From Phoronis australis (lineage: Eukaryota > Animalia > Phoronida), in contig NMRA01000450.1 of assembly GCA_002633005.1 (NCBI GenBank), forward strand, positions 99,253-163,252: a stretch of 64,000 nt of DNA. The letters are read 5' to 3'. Positions within the stretch are counted from its first letter, which is position 1. Each line of letters opens with the position of its first letter. A program made the translations under genes and the position numbers. Below are positions 1 through 12,496 of the stretch, piece by piece. The notes beneath the pieces were generated by a model. That model was not told where the DNA came from. It made no database searches and saw only the letters and a list, made by a program, of their open reading frames with translations.

Positions 1-14
1 TGGATCCGCCCCTG
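1..14 (-). repeat. terminal end of a hAT-type non-autonomous element (CAGGGGCGGATCCA motif), cut by the window edge
   Basis: TGGATCCGCCCCTG at window start; related ends at 12311 (CAGTGGCGGATCTAGG), ~15960-15975, ~35822 and ~37616. Confidence 0.45.
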
Positions 15-228
15 CAGTGATGTCTCTTTTAAAAGGATACTAAACTCTGTTTCGAAGATTTTATATAATGCTCGTTCACTCACTTGTTAGTGCATCAGCG
101 GCGTCAATATTAAACGATGAATGCAGGAATCAACTGAAAACCCATGCTCCTTACATAACAGATTGAATATTACGGTTCTTGGAGGGTGGTCTTTCTACAC
201 AGTTGTCGTGTAATTCGTTAAAAGCGTA

Positions 229-387
229 GGTCACGCTTGCCCATTTAGCATATTTTGAAAGGAGTTTTCAAAATTTCAAAGTTTTGACTTTTGAGGGTTC
301 GGTGATTACAGAGCATTATTCTGCATTAGTGAATTGGACGGAAAAGTCGTTTATTATGTGTGTTGATAGGTCAAAACCCGGTTTGGA
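229..387 (+). repeat. interspersed repeat with an inverted copy at ~35207-35360
   Basis: GGTCACGCTTG...GAGTTTTCAAAA...ATAGGTCAAAACCCGGTTTGG matches the reverse complement of CCAAACCCGGTTTTGACCTAT...TTTTGAAAACT...CAAGCGTGACC. Confidence 0.65.
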
Positions 388-1680
388 ATCCTTTTAAATG
401 ATTTTTGTCTCGTATAGGATTGGCGTTTTCTTGCTTGTTTAAATGTATTACACCGTCTGGTAACTTCGTTGCCAAGGTTTATGGTTTCTACAGCGTGTTA
501 TTTTTAGATTGCAAATGACGACAGTTTTTTCTAAACCCGCACAAAGGCAACTTAAGCTGAATTTGCATTTCTCGATAAAAAATGCATAACATCTCATGTG
601 ACAAAAACGAACAACATGCACATCTACATCTCTGAGACAGATGCGTGAGAACGCATATTAAAATTATTTTGGCTCTCCTGAGTTGGATCTTGCTTTTGAA
701 AAAAGTGAACAACAAAACAGTCGTCGCGCCACGCACTCGATTTTCAAAAACAACCTACATGTAGCACAAATTTTGCTTTATGGTCTCATTAACGTCAACT
801 GGCACCTCTGTCCTCTGAACGGCTGTAACTCGGTGTGACATCTTCCGATATATCGCAGTATTGACCATCATTTTTCATTCATGTCGCCCGTCAGATGCCG
901 TTGTTCGCGATATGACAAATCAGACGCAGTAGAAACCGTAAACCTGACCTTCAAAGGAGCAGACGATGTCAAAACAACAAAGCAGGCAAGAATCTTGTTA
1001 GATACGAAAAATGGGACGACAGATACATCAGTGGTCGTGTACCAAAAAAAAATTAGACCGATATCCCTCGAGTGTATCAGGTCGTATATGCATCGGTACA
1101 GGAATGTTGCCCTCGGGCAATATTGCTTTACCTCGACCTCGGTCGCAGATGCACCTGCTTTTCGACTGCCGTATTTGCCTCTCGGCTGGTACACAGTGTA
1201 AGGAGTCAAAAACAGTTCATACAGTTGACACGATAAACGATGCAATAAAAATGTCTAATAGCAGTAAAGAAATTATGAGGAAGCATTTTGTTCAATAATT
1301 GTCATTTTAAAAGCCTTGCGTTCATATTTTTGTCACTTCAGCTTCAGTTTTAAAATAATTTAAATGGGTAAATTGATTAATCGCTTATATCAATTATCAA
1401 CGTCGTAAATTACTAACCAGCATCATATACACAAACAAGAAAATTAGATACTAATGAATGTACGGCTTCATTTATGCTTTTGAATTATCAATTTACACCG
1501 TCAAAGTTAGGCAAATATACGTAAAGGGATAAAAACAAATTCAACAGAATTTTTTGTATTTTATAAATCGAAATGAATCCTGATCTTTGATCCGGATACA
1601 AAATCCTGTGGAACGCGTGGCCTTGCATTCCCCAGCAACAAGTGCGATAATCTCGGAACTGCGATAACATGTGCAACAAC

Positions 1681-2092
1681 ACTCTTCCACAGTGCTACGA
1701 AAAGTAGCACTGTGGAATGTTGTTTATAATGGCTTCCCATTGGTTAAAGTAATGAAACCGACACCATAACCTTCAGCCATTCCCAGTGGTTGAAATCTGG
1801 GAAACCCCTTTCAGTTTACTGTTACGTAATATGGCGACCACCTTTGACTTGAATAGTTGCAATTTGTTAAAACGGGCAGAGATCGAAGTAAACAAAATCA
1901 AGGAAACCCTACTCCGTGGCTAAGCCCAAACAAGTACAGTACCTAGAAGGCGTGTGCAAGTAGTGGCGATGTGATCGATAAATTTCCGACCAAGCATGCG
2001 CATTGATGCCCACACAGGAAATTCAGTGTGGCGTTTATCATGTTTCCACAGGGTCACTTTTCAGAATAGGTGGCGCTGGGTCAGAGGGTAAG
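1681..2092 (+). repeat. ~410-bp interspersed repeat family, copy 1
   Basis: Blocks ATGGCTTCCCATTGGTT, GTGGCGATGTGATCG, CCGACCAAGCATG and ATCATGTTTCCACAG recur at 16187-16395 (+, internally deleted) and 23795-24160 (-). Confidence 0.8.
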
Positions 2093-3136
2093 GTGCAACC
2101 AGCAACAATGAATTCCGTGTCCATCGTTCTATATGCAGTCGTCGATCCAAATGAATGCCTACCGTGAATGTATCTGACGTGGCGTTATACAATGCTCCTA
2201 TTTTACCAGATCTTCCAACTGCTGCTCGGCTTATTGATGCCCTCAGCATGTTGGTAACTGTCGTTTCCCGTCGCTACAAATGTAGACAACATAACAGTGT
2301 GACAATCGCACAAACAAGGCACAAGCGATGTATGACATGAGTTTTCTGTCGGAATGTACTGGCGTTTATGTGTTGAAAAGTCAGTATGGGTATGAGTTAT
2401 TGGGTTGTTTTTCAGGACTTTATGTATGAACAGTGATGGTGTAACAGTTGATCAGTTATTGCACCGGGTGTGTAGGCACGACATAGTCCAAAAGTGTCCA
2501 TATGTTAACTAATCGGAACAATATCATGATAACCAGAACATTATGGAGTTAAAAACGTAATTAGGAAAATAATAGAATGTCTCGTCTCAAAAAGGAGTGA
2601 TCCTTCACATATGTTTTATTCGAAGCACATGCGCACTAGACATCATTACGGTCTGTGAAACAACAATGTCTGTCAGTGGTCGTCCAATGGGATTTCGCTA
2701 GATTTGTTTCCTCTCTACGGTCTCTGGCCATACCACCCGCTGGTTCCATGCGTGTCCGCTGGGGTAAAGGTACACGCAGGTATCATTCACTACCACGCGT
2801 TTTATTACTCGTTGATGTAACCTTGGCAGTCATTGGTTAGCTTTATAACAAATAAAAATGACGAACTGTGAACAAAAGTCAGCGACAGTAGCAAAATGCA
2901 CATCGAAAAGGTACAGCCACAACTTTCCAATTCACATTTCTTGAACATATCCCTATAGGACTGTCCCGTATTACACAGCAACACTTGAATCTTGCTGAAT
3001 TTACCCACAATGCCGTAAGCCTTCGTCAAGCACATTTGCTGCATCGTGTCCGTGGCCGACTAGAATTTCATATGTCATTTGTTGTTGTCTGATTTGTTAG
3101 TTTTTTCTCGCTTACATTACTCCATTCGTTCTTCCA

Positions 3137-3370
3137 ATGCCAGCGAAGTGTTACAGCTGTGCTGTGGGCTGCAACTCCAACGTGAAAAGGCTTGATAAAC
3201 TGGACAATTACCCGTGGATGTGTGATCTGAAAATTTTCGCGATCCCAACATCAATGAGAGACAGGAAAATGTGCCTGATTTCCAAAACAAGGATATACCC
3301 TTTCTCATCTCCGATACAAAGGAGAGTTCTATCGCCGCTCTTAAGGACCGTTTTGTCTGTACCACCGTAA
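3137..3370 (+). pseudogene. degenerate THAP-domain-like fragment, probably transposon-derived
   Basis: MPAKCYSCAVGCNSN...FAIPTSMRDRK followed in a shifted frame by RFVCT; resembles THAP C-x2-4-C...FP...W...VC, but the conserved W and final H are not visible. Confidence 0.35.
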
Positions 3371-3542
3371 TATACATTTTGCACTTCCTTCATCAGTCAT
3401 GCCGGGTTTTTTTACTTATCAAGCGCTGCCTGTTGACAATTCTACAAGCTAATCAGAAACGTCGGTGAAAAAGTGTTTCCCCGAGGAAATTAATTGATTC
3501 CTGCTTGTCCGCTTTCCCTTTGCAGACACGAAAGGAACCAGA

Positions 3543-3697
3543 CATGGGCGGCGCACCATAGGGGACTGGGGAACTATAGCCCCCAAGACTTTTTTCAATG
3601 CTACGCCGCCCGTGGTCTATGGGCGGTGCACCGTAGGGTGGGCTTAGGACCTACAGCTCCCCCACCCCCTCACTTTTTTAGCGCTGCGCCGCCCATG
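3543..3697. mobile_element. tandem dimer of ~72-80-bp hAT-type MITEs
   Basis: Unit 1 3543-3614 CATGGGCGGCGCA...CTACGCCGCCCGTG; unit 2 3618-3697 TATGGGCGGTGCA...CTGCGCCGCCCATG; each has terminal inverted repeats. Confidence 0.6.
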
Positions 3698-4240
3698 CTA
3701 GAGAGGTCATGCCATAGAACATGCCGCGCGTGACTTACGTAGTGTGTTATTAGACCTTTACACCCAGAGAACAGCCGAGATAGTTTGCGACTGCCTTTTC
3801 GACTGAGTTTTAATCGATTGTTATCAAATCAAGCCTAATTTCATGGCTTCATGTTCATTTTCATTGCGTTATTTTCGTTCAACAAGAGAGATTCGTGAGG
3901 TACTGTTCCAGACAACTAGCAATTTCTTGACAAAATTAATCAACAAACAGGACGAGTGCGTTGGTCATTCTGTGTACTCATCCACCTGGAGCCCTGTCTG
4001 ACTGTCGTGTATCTTTTCATTCCCAGTCTTAGAACCACTTTCTACAGCCAATCAAACTACATGCCAGGAGTTTTTAACAGGACATTTTTGGGTGTCAAAA
4101 TCATGTTTCAGTATTTTACGCAAGGAAGTGACGTTTGCTTTCTGAGTGTCTGTCCTGCAATTGTAAATGAAAAGTTTAGACCCTTCTAAAAGCTGGGTTT
4201 ACGTATCTTCCACAAAACTACTCGTTGCGTTGTAAGCTAA

Positions 4241-4295
4241 GCGTGCGTGCGTGTGTGTGTGTTCGTGTGCGTGCGTGCGTGTACATGTGCGTGTG
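4241..4295. repeat. (GCGT)n/(GT)n compound microsatellite
   Basis: gcgtgcgtgcgtgtgtgtgt... seen directly. Confidence 0.9.
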
Positions 4296-6409
4296 AAGAG
4301 CACTAATGTCTTTAGTTTTTTTCTATAATTCATTTGCGCAGTATTACCTTGTTGCTCAGGTGCTTTTTCGTTAATTCATTTTCTTAGCAGCAATGTTATC
4401 TGCAGTACTTATCTATCTCCATGGTGTGATTTCACACGCGACATAGCCCTATTTTCCCGTTCAACTAAAATTAAAGAACGGGACTTTCCATGGGTTTTTA
4501 CGGCACCTGCAATCTCACGCTCAAATAAAAATGACAAAAAATCCACCGGGCGCTTGGAGTGTTACGTCTCCCGTTCGACAAAAAAGTGCGTTTTGGCTTA
4601 GACCCAGATGTCCCGCTTTTTATTACGAAATCTAGCTTTTCAATCCAGTTGTCCTGCTCTTTATTCTCGAATGTTGACTGCAGCTACTATGCAACAAGAG
4701 GTCTAAATAACATCACCTCTTTGTCATGAATTTCGTAATTTCCCAGAGTTACATAGCAATCGTACAAATGTGTTCCAATATCTCTTGTTTACGGTAACGT
4801 GAACTACATGTATCAGCATCAATTATTTTTACTTTCAGAAGGAACAAGACAGTTTATTTCTAAACTTTTATGGAAAGTCCTACGCTGCAAAAATGTAATA
4901 AGCAATCCACAACATATGCCAAAGCAACGTAACAGATGTTTGACTTTTTTATCACTCAGAAAACCTTCATATGCAAATTTCGGATAGGCACATGCAGTTG
5001 GAGTAATTAGTCTAGAAAAGCAAATAGTTACGACTACAGTGAAAAAGAGTGACTAGAATTTTCTACTCACACAAGCTTCCTTCTTTTACGACATACCTTA
5101 CAGAAAAGAACTTTGGATGCAGCTGTCTCCGTCTATGCGATGTCTGATATGAATGTGTCGCTATTGCGTGACTCGATCGTTGTCTGTGGCAAGCAACTTG
5201 AAACTTGATAGGCATCAGAAATGAGCCAATTCTTCCTATTGACGTGTCATTTCCGACTTTCCTGTAACATATTCCGTTCTCAAATTACTCTAAAACAACT
5301 GCCAAAGTAGCGGACATTGGAACTTATATCAGACCGGCGTAAAATTACTCACCCCTCCCTCCCCTGTGCTTAAGTGTCCAGCCTCCAACTACTGGAATTA
5401 CGGGCCCGTACGTATGGGAACCCCACACATGCAAAAATGACAGTAAGGCTGAAAGACTATGTCTTGTAATCTAACCCAAAATGAAGATGATAACAGTGTA
5501 GCTACAGCTCTTAGTAAACGGAAGTAACTATGCTAATATCGAACATGTCCTATCTCTCGCAAGTGGAAACTGTGCGTAGCCACTATTATACGTCTCCAAC
5601 AGATGTAGAATTAAGCGTATTCATCGTTATTGACAACGTGAAACCCAATTTTGTTGATACAGAACAAAGTTAATGCGCGGGTCGTGGATACATCTCATGG
5701 GTGCAGTCAGGAAATGCCAAACAAGCTAACAATCAAGTGCCAGCAGCACCTAAATTCAGCAATGTGCAAGCGTTAAGAAGGTTGTGCGATGCATTTGGGA
5801 CTCCTGTGATGCATGTTAAAGACATACAAAAAACAAACGAGGAAAGGTGCCAGTTTCTGATAGAAGCACTTCACGATCAGAATTCGCATGGATAAACCAT
5901 TGACAATTATTCAAGTGTCCGATGGATAAAAAAACATAAAAGCGCTATAGAATAAAAGCATTGCAGAAATAAATTTCTAATGCCAGGTAATTGTTACCAC
6001 TCAGAACCACGTGATCACGAAAATGATGACATCATTGACATGAGGAAGATGGCTGAGCCAGAATGTCAAACTGAGATTAATCTTTTTACTAGAGTAATAC
6101 CTGTAATACCTGCCACGGACAGGATCATCGGGCATATGCTGGTGCATTAATACATTCCCCAGACCATCACCGTGACAGCAGAAGGCTCAGAACTCCAGGG
6201 CTGACGTTGCCTGTAAGTATCTGATTTGACAACACTCTGGCACGGCTCTTCTTGTGACTCTTAGCAGCATGGACATAAATAATACCGGCTTCGAGCAGTC
6301 GGCTACCATCATTGAACTCAGCCAGTTGGGATAAAGTCTGCTCGAGGGAGTGTTTGTGGGCCAGCAGCTTCACATCAGCCGAATATAAGACGAGGGGCTG
6401 GTTGGTGGT

Positions 6410-6780
6410 GCATGAGCTATTGAGGTAATCTGCACGCTCATTAATCAAGACACCGGCGTGGCCAGGTACGAAAGATCAGATCACTATATGATGAGAGTGG
6501 CGTGATCGGAAGACACCCCAGTTGGCTGGGAGGTTTCCAGATTGACCTTTCATCAACACTGCCATGGAGTCGATGGTAAAGATAATGGTGTGATTTTCCT
6601 GGTCTAGGAGTGACAACTTAGTTAGGGCACGTTGTATAGCCTCAAACTCCGCCCGCGTACATGGTGGCAGCCACTGCCCTCCGCAATGACGTTGTTAGCA
6701 CAGAGTATTTGATGACCCCATATCGCACGATTAGTTTTACCACCAAAGGATCCATCTGTTGCTACAATGGTGGCATTAAT
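6410..6780 (-). pseudogene. LINE RNase H domain, frameshifted
   Basis: IVATDGS, IFTIDSMAVL and FVPGHAGVLINERADYL in successive frames. Confidence 0.8.
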
Positions 6781-7109
6781 ACCGCCAAGATCATGCCATT
6801 GCTGACAGCACAATGCTTTGGCTACTCCAGGAGGCCATTCCCGAGCTTCCTTGTTGAAAGCAATGGTAACATTCGGTTTCTCACCGAGTTCTTGTACTGG
6901 CAGCCAAGCAGCATCTTGCGCGATCGTGTGTTCGCCGATGAGACCCATGGTTGCGTTTGCAGCAGCGACAGTCCACGAGCACCTGAGAGGCATTGCGGAA
7001 AGGTCTAGAGCGAAGTCGATAAGCTTCTGTTGCAGGGACAGGGTTCAAGCACCTGTCAAGTGCAGTCTTCACTTGACTGCGTAACAGATGGAAGGGGCTT
7101 TGAACAGCC

Positions 7110-8057
7110 TTAGCTACAGTAATATCTTGTACAAGAGATTGTCTGTCTGCAATGCTGGGAACACCGACAAGGTAGCTTAATGCTGTGACTGACGTAGATC
7201 TCGTACATGACGCGAAAACCAAGGTTTTGGAGTCTCTCAAGCCTGTTGATTTGATTTTTAATGATGTTGATCATGGGTAGAGCGCAGTCGAAGACCGGAG
7301 TGACGAGGGCTTTATAAAGCATGACGAGGTGCCTTTCTTCCGCCTTCCGACCGGCCGCATCCCTAAGGGCATTGATTCCTTTGTTAGCACAGCTGATCAC
7401 ACTGTTAACTTGAGTTGTTAAGTTGAGCCGGCGGTCGAGTTCTACACCCAAGTGACACATCTGGTCAGATGTTGCAATCCTCTTCCCATCGTAAGTAGGA
7501 CAAGGGAATTCATCGACACTGAGGCGATTGTCCAGAGTACAGAAGAGAGGTTCACATTTGTCTTCATCGCAGTTCATTCCGCTGGTAGCACAATACTCGC
7601 AGATTTCCATCAAGGTAGACTGTGCTTTGTGGAGAATCTCCTGATGCGTTTGTCCTTGCGATGACAGCAGCATGTCGTCTGCAAAGGTGCAAAGTCGGCA
7701 GTCGGCGCTGTTCAGTCTGGTGAGTGCGAGGGTGTAGATATTGAACAGCACTGGGGACAGAGGTGAACCTTAGGGTAAGCCTGTGTTGACAGATGCCCAT
7801 TTTGAACCCCATGTGCGACGTTTTAGCACGCATCTCCGGCTGTTGAGGGCACTCATCACCCATCTAATGCACCGTACAGGAATATTGAGATGAAGCATGC
7901 CATCCACAAGTTTTGGAAGCTGAAAAGACTTGTACGCATTTTCTAGATCAAGGTCAACGAGGAGAGTGTTTTCTGTTTTCAAAACGTTGCCATATCTCAT
8001 CTGCAATAGACGCTGCATTGGCCCATGAATCTCTACCAGGTCGATAGAGATGGACAT
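7110..8057 (-). pseudogene. LINE reverse transcriptase domain, interrupted
   Basis: The PQG motif reads P*G (TAA at 7770-7772); catalytic FADD motif intact; thumb region LYKALVTPVFD...LERLQN. Confidence 0.9.
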
Positions 8058-10501
8058 CTACTTTTGTGCAATTTCAAGAGGAGTGGCTATTATTCTATGC
8101 TTGACTATATAATGGCTAATGTGGACAACTTTGTAATCGTAGTTGGCAAATAATTATCCCCGTCTTCAACTAGACTAAAAGTTCGAGTGTGCACTCAAAT
8201 TTCATCAAATGTTAACTTGGAATAGAAATTCATTTCCATCAACCATAATGAACTTGTATTGAGTTCGCCCAAGCTTAGACCGGAAAATGGCAAAAATCCG
8301 AGTGGAAATATTAGATCCTGGCGCTTGGGGCCTACAATAGTCAACCATCCACATTCCAACAGAATGCACAGAGGGGTTTGTATTTGTTGGCGAGACCATG
8401 CAATACTAATCCCCAGTGTAACGCTGCCGACGTCATCACGTTGAAGAGTCACGTGCTCCTGGATGGCCATGTGTTCTTGGATAGTCACCTGCTAACTGAC
8501 ATGATTGCATGGACATGATTAGGCCCTGGCATGCTACGAAATACTTCTAATGACTCGTTTATCCATATCTGTATCAGTACAAACAGTACTGATTCATGTT
8601 TTAGCACCAAAATGATGTAAAAGTGCTGGTTTTTAAAAATAATGAAGTAGGAAATAGTTTTGCTCGTACGAAGTCAACTACAAAAGCCGGATCACGAAGA
8701 CCTGAATTTTAAAGCATTGGACACGGAAGCTATTCATGGGCCGCCAGTAATAAGATACAGTACATTATACTTTCGCCGAAGTCAATATGTTGGTTTTCAG
8801 ACCTCAAAAATGTGATAATGGTCGAGTAGGAGCTAAAAAGTTCAGAAGATTGTCCCCAAATTTGACTATCAGTGTTACCGAGGTTTCGACATGAAGGTCA
8901 CGAATCGTTAAGCGTGTATGTAGTCAATCATCCGTCTGTTGCCAAAAATGATTTTTGGCGGTAAGTTATCACTGGTTCTCTTATGACAGAAACGGCTGAA
9001 GTCATCAACTCACATCCGTAAATTGAAAATCGAAAACCAAATTGATTCCATTTTTCATATTCACTTGCAAAGTAGAGAATTAAGAAACCGAAACCGCCTC
9101 TGATTTTTCGATTTTTCCACACAATGTAAACCGATAGAGCCTATAATACAATGACTTCAAGCCAATCAGAAACGTTAATTTTACGTGTTATTTAACTCCA
9201 CCCCCCAATTGAGCTGGTCTCATCCGGTGGACCAGACATCTATTAAAATAAATATGTCGAAGTTGGAACAGCATTTTGATCACACAGCGAATCTTGCGAA
9301 ACGAGGAAATCTCAGTCATCTTGATGCAAGATCGTGGTGTAGATCGACGCGTAGCAACAGTCAAACAACCTTGGAATAGCGATACGCATAACAGGCAAAC
9401 CCCCTCACAGACTTAAAAGAGAACAATATTGGATAGACAAACTGAATACAATAGAACCTCATGGATTGAACATAAAAACTTAAAATATGTCATTGAATTT
9501 TTTACGCAAAAATGTATCATTTTCATTACACCATATCTTATATGTCAATTGTCATTTCGTGTTTGATTTTACTTTATTTCTGTTTTTGTTGATAAAGGAA
9601 GTTGTTACCTCCGAAAATTTCAAATTTCAGTTGATCCATTCTTGTTGTTTTATTTACCGATTTATATTCTTCATTTCACGAAACAATAGTATCCTTGGGA
9701 GGATCTGGATCGCCTTATTTAGTTTCAGATATATTTTCTAGGCAAACAAAAGTATACACAGTTGCATTTGTCCTTTCTAAAGCGATAAGCACCTCACTGG
9801 GCCAATAGTTAGGGCTGATGCCTACATCTCATTGGTCGGCTAAGACGTTTGACTTTGATTGACATTCAAAATATTTGCCTGTGTTACTTTACCTCCTTAT
9901 TCACCGATTCGAAATGTGCGTACGAGAAAAGTAAAATTCTGAGTCACTTCTAGTTTTCTATCCTCTGCAATTTGCAGTAGAGTTTTGATTTTCGATTTTT
10001 CCACATAAAACGAAAATTTATTACTTGATTCAGTTTTCTAATTAAGAAACCTTCTAAGTCAGAGTGTGAATAGGTAATAGAGTTAGGAGATATATACGCA
10101 TTGCCTTATGAAATTACAAAGGATCCCAACAATAGATGGTTCCAATTTAGAATATTACACACCTTTTTAGGAATGTCTTCCTGTACAAGATTTTTGGAAG
10201 GACTTCTGAAAACTTCTTCAAAAGTGTCTCATTAATCTTCTTAACTGTGTCTCTTACAAACGTGTTATTCATGGACTTTATGAGACACATTTTACTATTA
10301 CTAACCAAACAGTAGGACAGCTTCTCTGGGAAATGGGAAAAGTTTATTGTTCACGTTAACTACATGTAGCACTTGTTTACTTTATACGAGATACGAGAAT
10401 GGTCTCTCCTGAGGTGTGCATGCCTGAATGAATGGGTGTGTTTATTTGTTTGTTTTTTTTGCACTTGTTTATCTGGCTGTACTTCGGGAGCACGTTTTTG
10501 G

Positions 10502-10747
10502 TTATACAGAATTGGTTAAATGCGCGACACTTTTCGTTGTTCACAGTCTTTTTTCCGTTACGTTCAAATCTGCGGAACTTGAAAATGAAACAAGTATGTT
10601 TCGAAATACCGTGTGTCTTTTAATTATGTCGCTAGGTCAGTTAGTTTATTTTCAGTTGAGAGAAGAGTTTTGTTCCGCAGGTATAAACATAACGGAATAA
10701 AGACTGAACAATGAAAAGTGTTATGCGTTTAACCAATTCTGTATAAA
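10502..10747. mobile_element. palindromic MITE with ~80-bp arms
   Basis: TTATACAGAATTGGTTAAA...ACACTTTTC...TTCACAGTCTT...TTCCGTTA...CTGCGGAAC pairs with GTTCCGCAG...TAACGGAA...AAGACTGAA...GAAAAGTGT...TTTAACCAATTCTGTATAA. Confidence 0.75.
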
Positions 10748-11062
10748 TTGTTTATCTATGATAATAAATAACTAAAATTTTTTTTGAAAGATTTTCTTTG
10801 AGCAACTGCTGTTTTTCATCAATTTAATTGATAGTTCGATGATACTCCATTTTTGCTAACACAAAAATAGAAAAATATTGAGACAAGTTTGGTGCACTTT
10901 TTATAGATCTCCTTATGTGAGATTACTGAGTTGGAATGCCCGATACGCGAACATTTCTAAGAAATGCTCATTGCAATAGTTATCAAGAAAATAGGTGAAT
11001 GACAGTTTGCAATAATCTGTGATTATTATGTTTTGCAACTTTTCAACTTGCACATACTATGA

Positions 11063-11212
11063 ATCAGACTAAAATTTAAGCCTTACCTTTTGTCAAAAAC
11101 ACACGTAAATCTATAGCTACAAAGCATCAGATTAAAAATTATGTCTTACCGTTTGTCAAAAAGACACGTAAATCTATAGCTACAAAGCATCAGATTAAAA
11201 TTTAAGTCTTAC
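11063..11212. repeat. tandem duplication, ~63-bp unit, ~2.3 copies
   Basis: ACACGTAAATCTATAGCTACAAAGCATCAGATTAAAA at 11101 and 11164. Confidence 0.9.
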
Positions 11213-11714
11213 TGTTTTGCAAAGAGAGGCACCAGTTTTAGCTAGAAACAGTGTGAACCACCCGTCTTCCTGGGTGGATGTAAAATAAAAAAGTCACGGA
11301 GGTTTCCCCGAATTTTGTTCGAATCCGAAACCAAAACGTATTTGTGACAGGTTTATCGGAATTGCAGGCATGACTGTTATTTACATAACTATTTTGTGTA
11401 CAAAACATCTAGGGTATTGATTTGTGTAGCCATGTAGCATTGCATTAATAGCTAACAACAACGTCAAAACACGCTTTATTGGCGGTAGAGGGTCTGGGAC
11501 CAGGGGTATAGTGTCCCACAGCAACGCGCAAAGCACTTGCAACATCTTAGAGGTTCAGCTAAACGAATGTGAGTCAACAATGGTCACATTGCCAGAAGAG
11601 GAGTACATTTGTGGGAAAGAGGTGGCGACTGGGGGTCGGGTAGGGCATCATTGCAACATAGTTATATAGTTCCTGGTGATTATAATCATTGGCCAAGGTA
11701 TAAAAATTCTTGGC

Positions 11715-12290
11715 TGCTGTTATTTTTGTTTGCTTTGAATATTTCAATTCAAAGCATTGTTTTATTTGCTTTCATTAAATATTACCGGAATTGAGATGTT
11801 TTGGAACATGAAACACCCATTAGAGAGTTTCCGCCACACGTTGAAAGCAAACGCGAGCCTGTGATGTCGGCATTATTTGCTTACTACGTCACAATGTTGA
11901 CCAACATTTTCGCGTTCAGGCTGGTCACACGAGCGGGAACAAACCGAAGACTGCTGATCTCACGTAGGTGCAAAATGTGAGTTTTAACTGCAGGCTCATC
12001 ACAAAAGATCGTTAGATGTATGCAGCTTTTCAGGTTTTTAGGAAATTTAGCTTCCCAAGAGGTGGTGTACCTTAATGCATATGTCTTACTCGATTGCCTT
12101 ACTTTTTTTTAAAGTCCTCCTCGCATTGTTGATTTTTCACAGAAAAGCCACTGTAATCGGGTGGTAACAAATGAAAAAGAAATATTATACAGAAATATCT
12201 GCCAAAACATCTCAATTTCAGTAATAGTAAATTATGTAAAGATGACAGGAATACTTTGATTATAAATTGCCAAAGCAAGCAGTATTAATT
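11715..12290. repeat. diverged inverted repeat (~90-bp arms) around ~400 bp, MITE-like
   Basis: AATTGAGATGTTTTGG (~11790) versus CCAAAACATCTCAATT (~12202), with weaker similarity extending outward. Confidence 0.5.
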
Positions 12291-12301
12291 GAGTGTTTAG
12301 G

Positions 12302-12496
12302 AATTACACACAGTGGCGGATCTAGGATATCATGAGGGGACCCAACATTTGGCCTCCTAAGCAATTGTGCAAAGCTCGACTGATACTGATAATGAGTGGA
12401 GGTAGGAATTTAGGAGGAACCCCCTCCCCCCGCTTTCCATTCAAGGGAAACGTTTGTTTTTACCTCTGAAAACAAGCATTTTCCTTGATTTCTGAG
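12302..12496 (+). repeat. hAT-like element end; inverted counterpart at ~15785-15983
   Basis: ACACACAGTGGCGGATCTAGGATATCA...CCAACATTT...AAGCATTTTCCTTGATT matches the reverse complement of 15785-15983. Confidence 0.75.

Larger units (their letters stand above)
6094..8057 (-). mobile_element. 5'-truncated, decayed non-LTR retrotransposon (LINE) with RT and RNase H (I/Ingi/Nimb-like group)
   Basis: RT motifs LDLENAY, GLP*GSPLSPVLFNIY, FADD and LGVELDRRL in ORFs 7770-8057 and 7110-7751; RNase H motifs ATDGS and FVPGHAGVLINERADYL; several stops and frameshifts; possible 3' tail (CAGGTATTA)x2 at 6094-6112. Confidence 0.9.
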
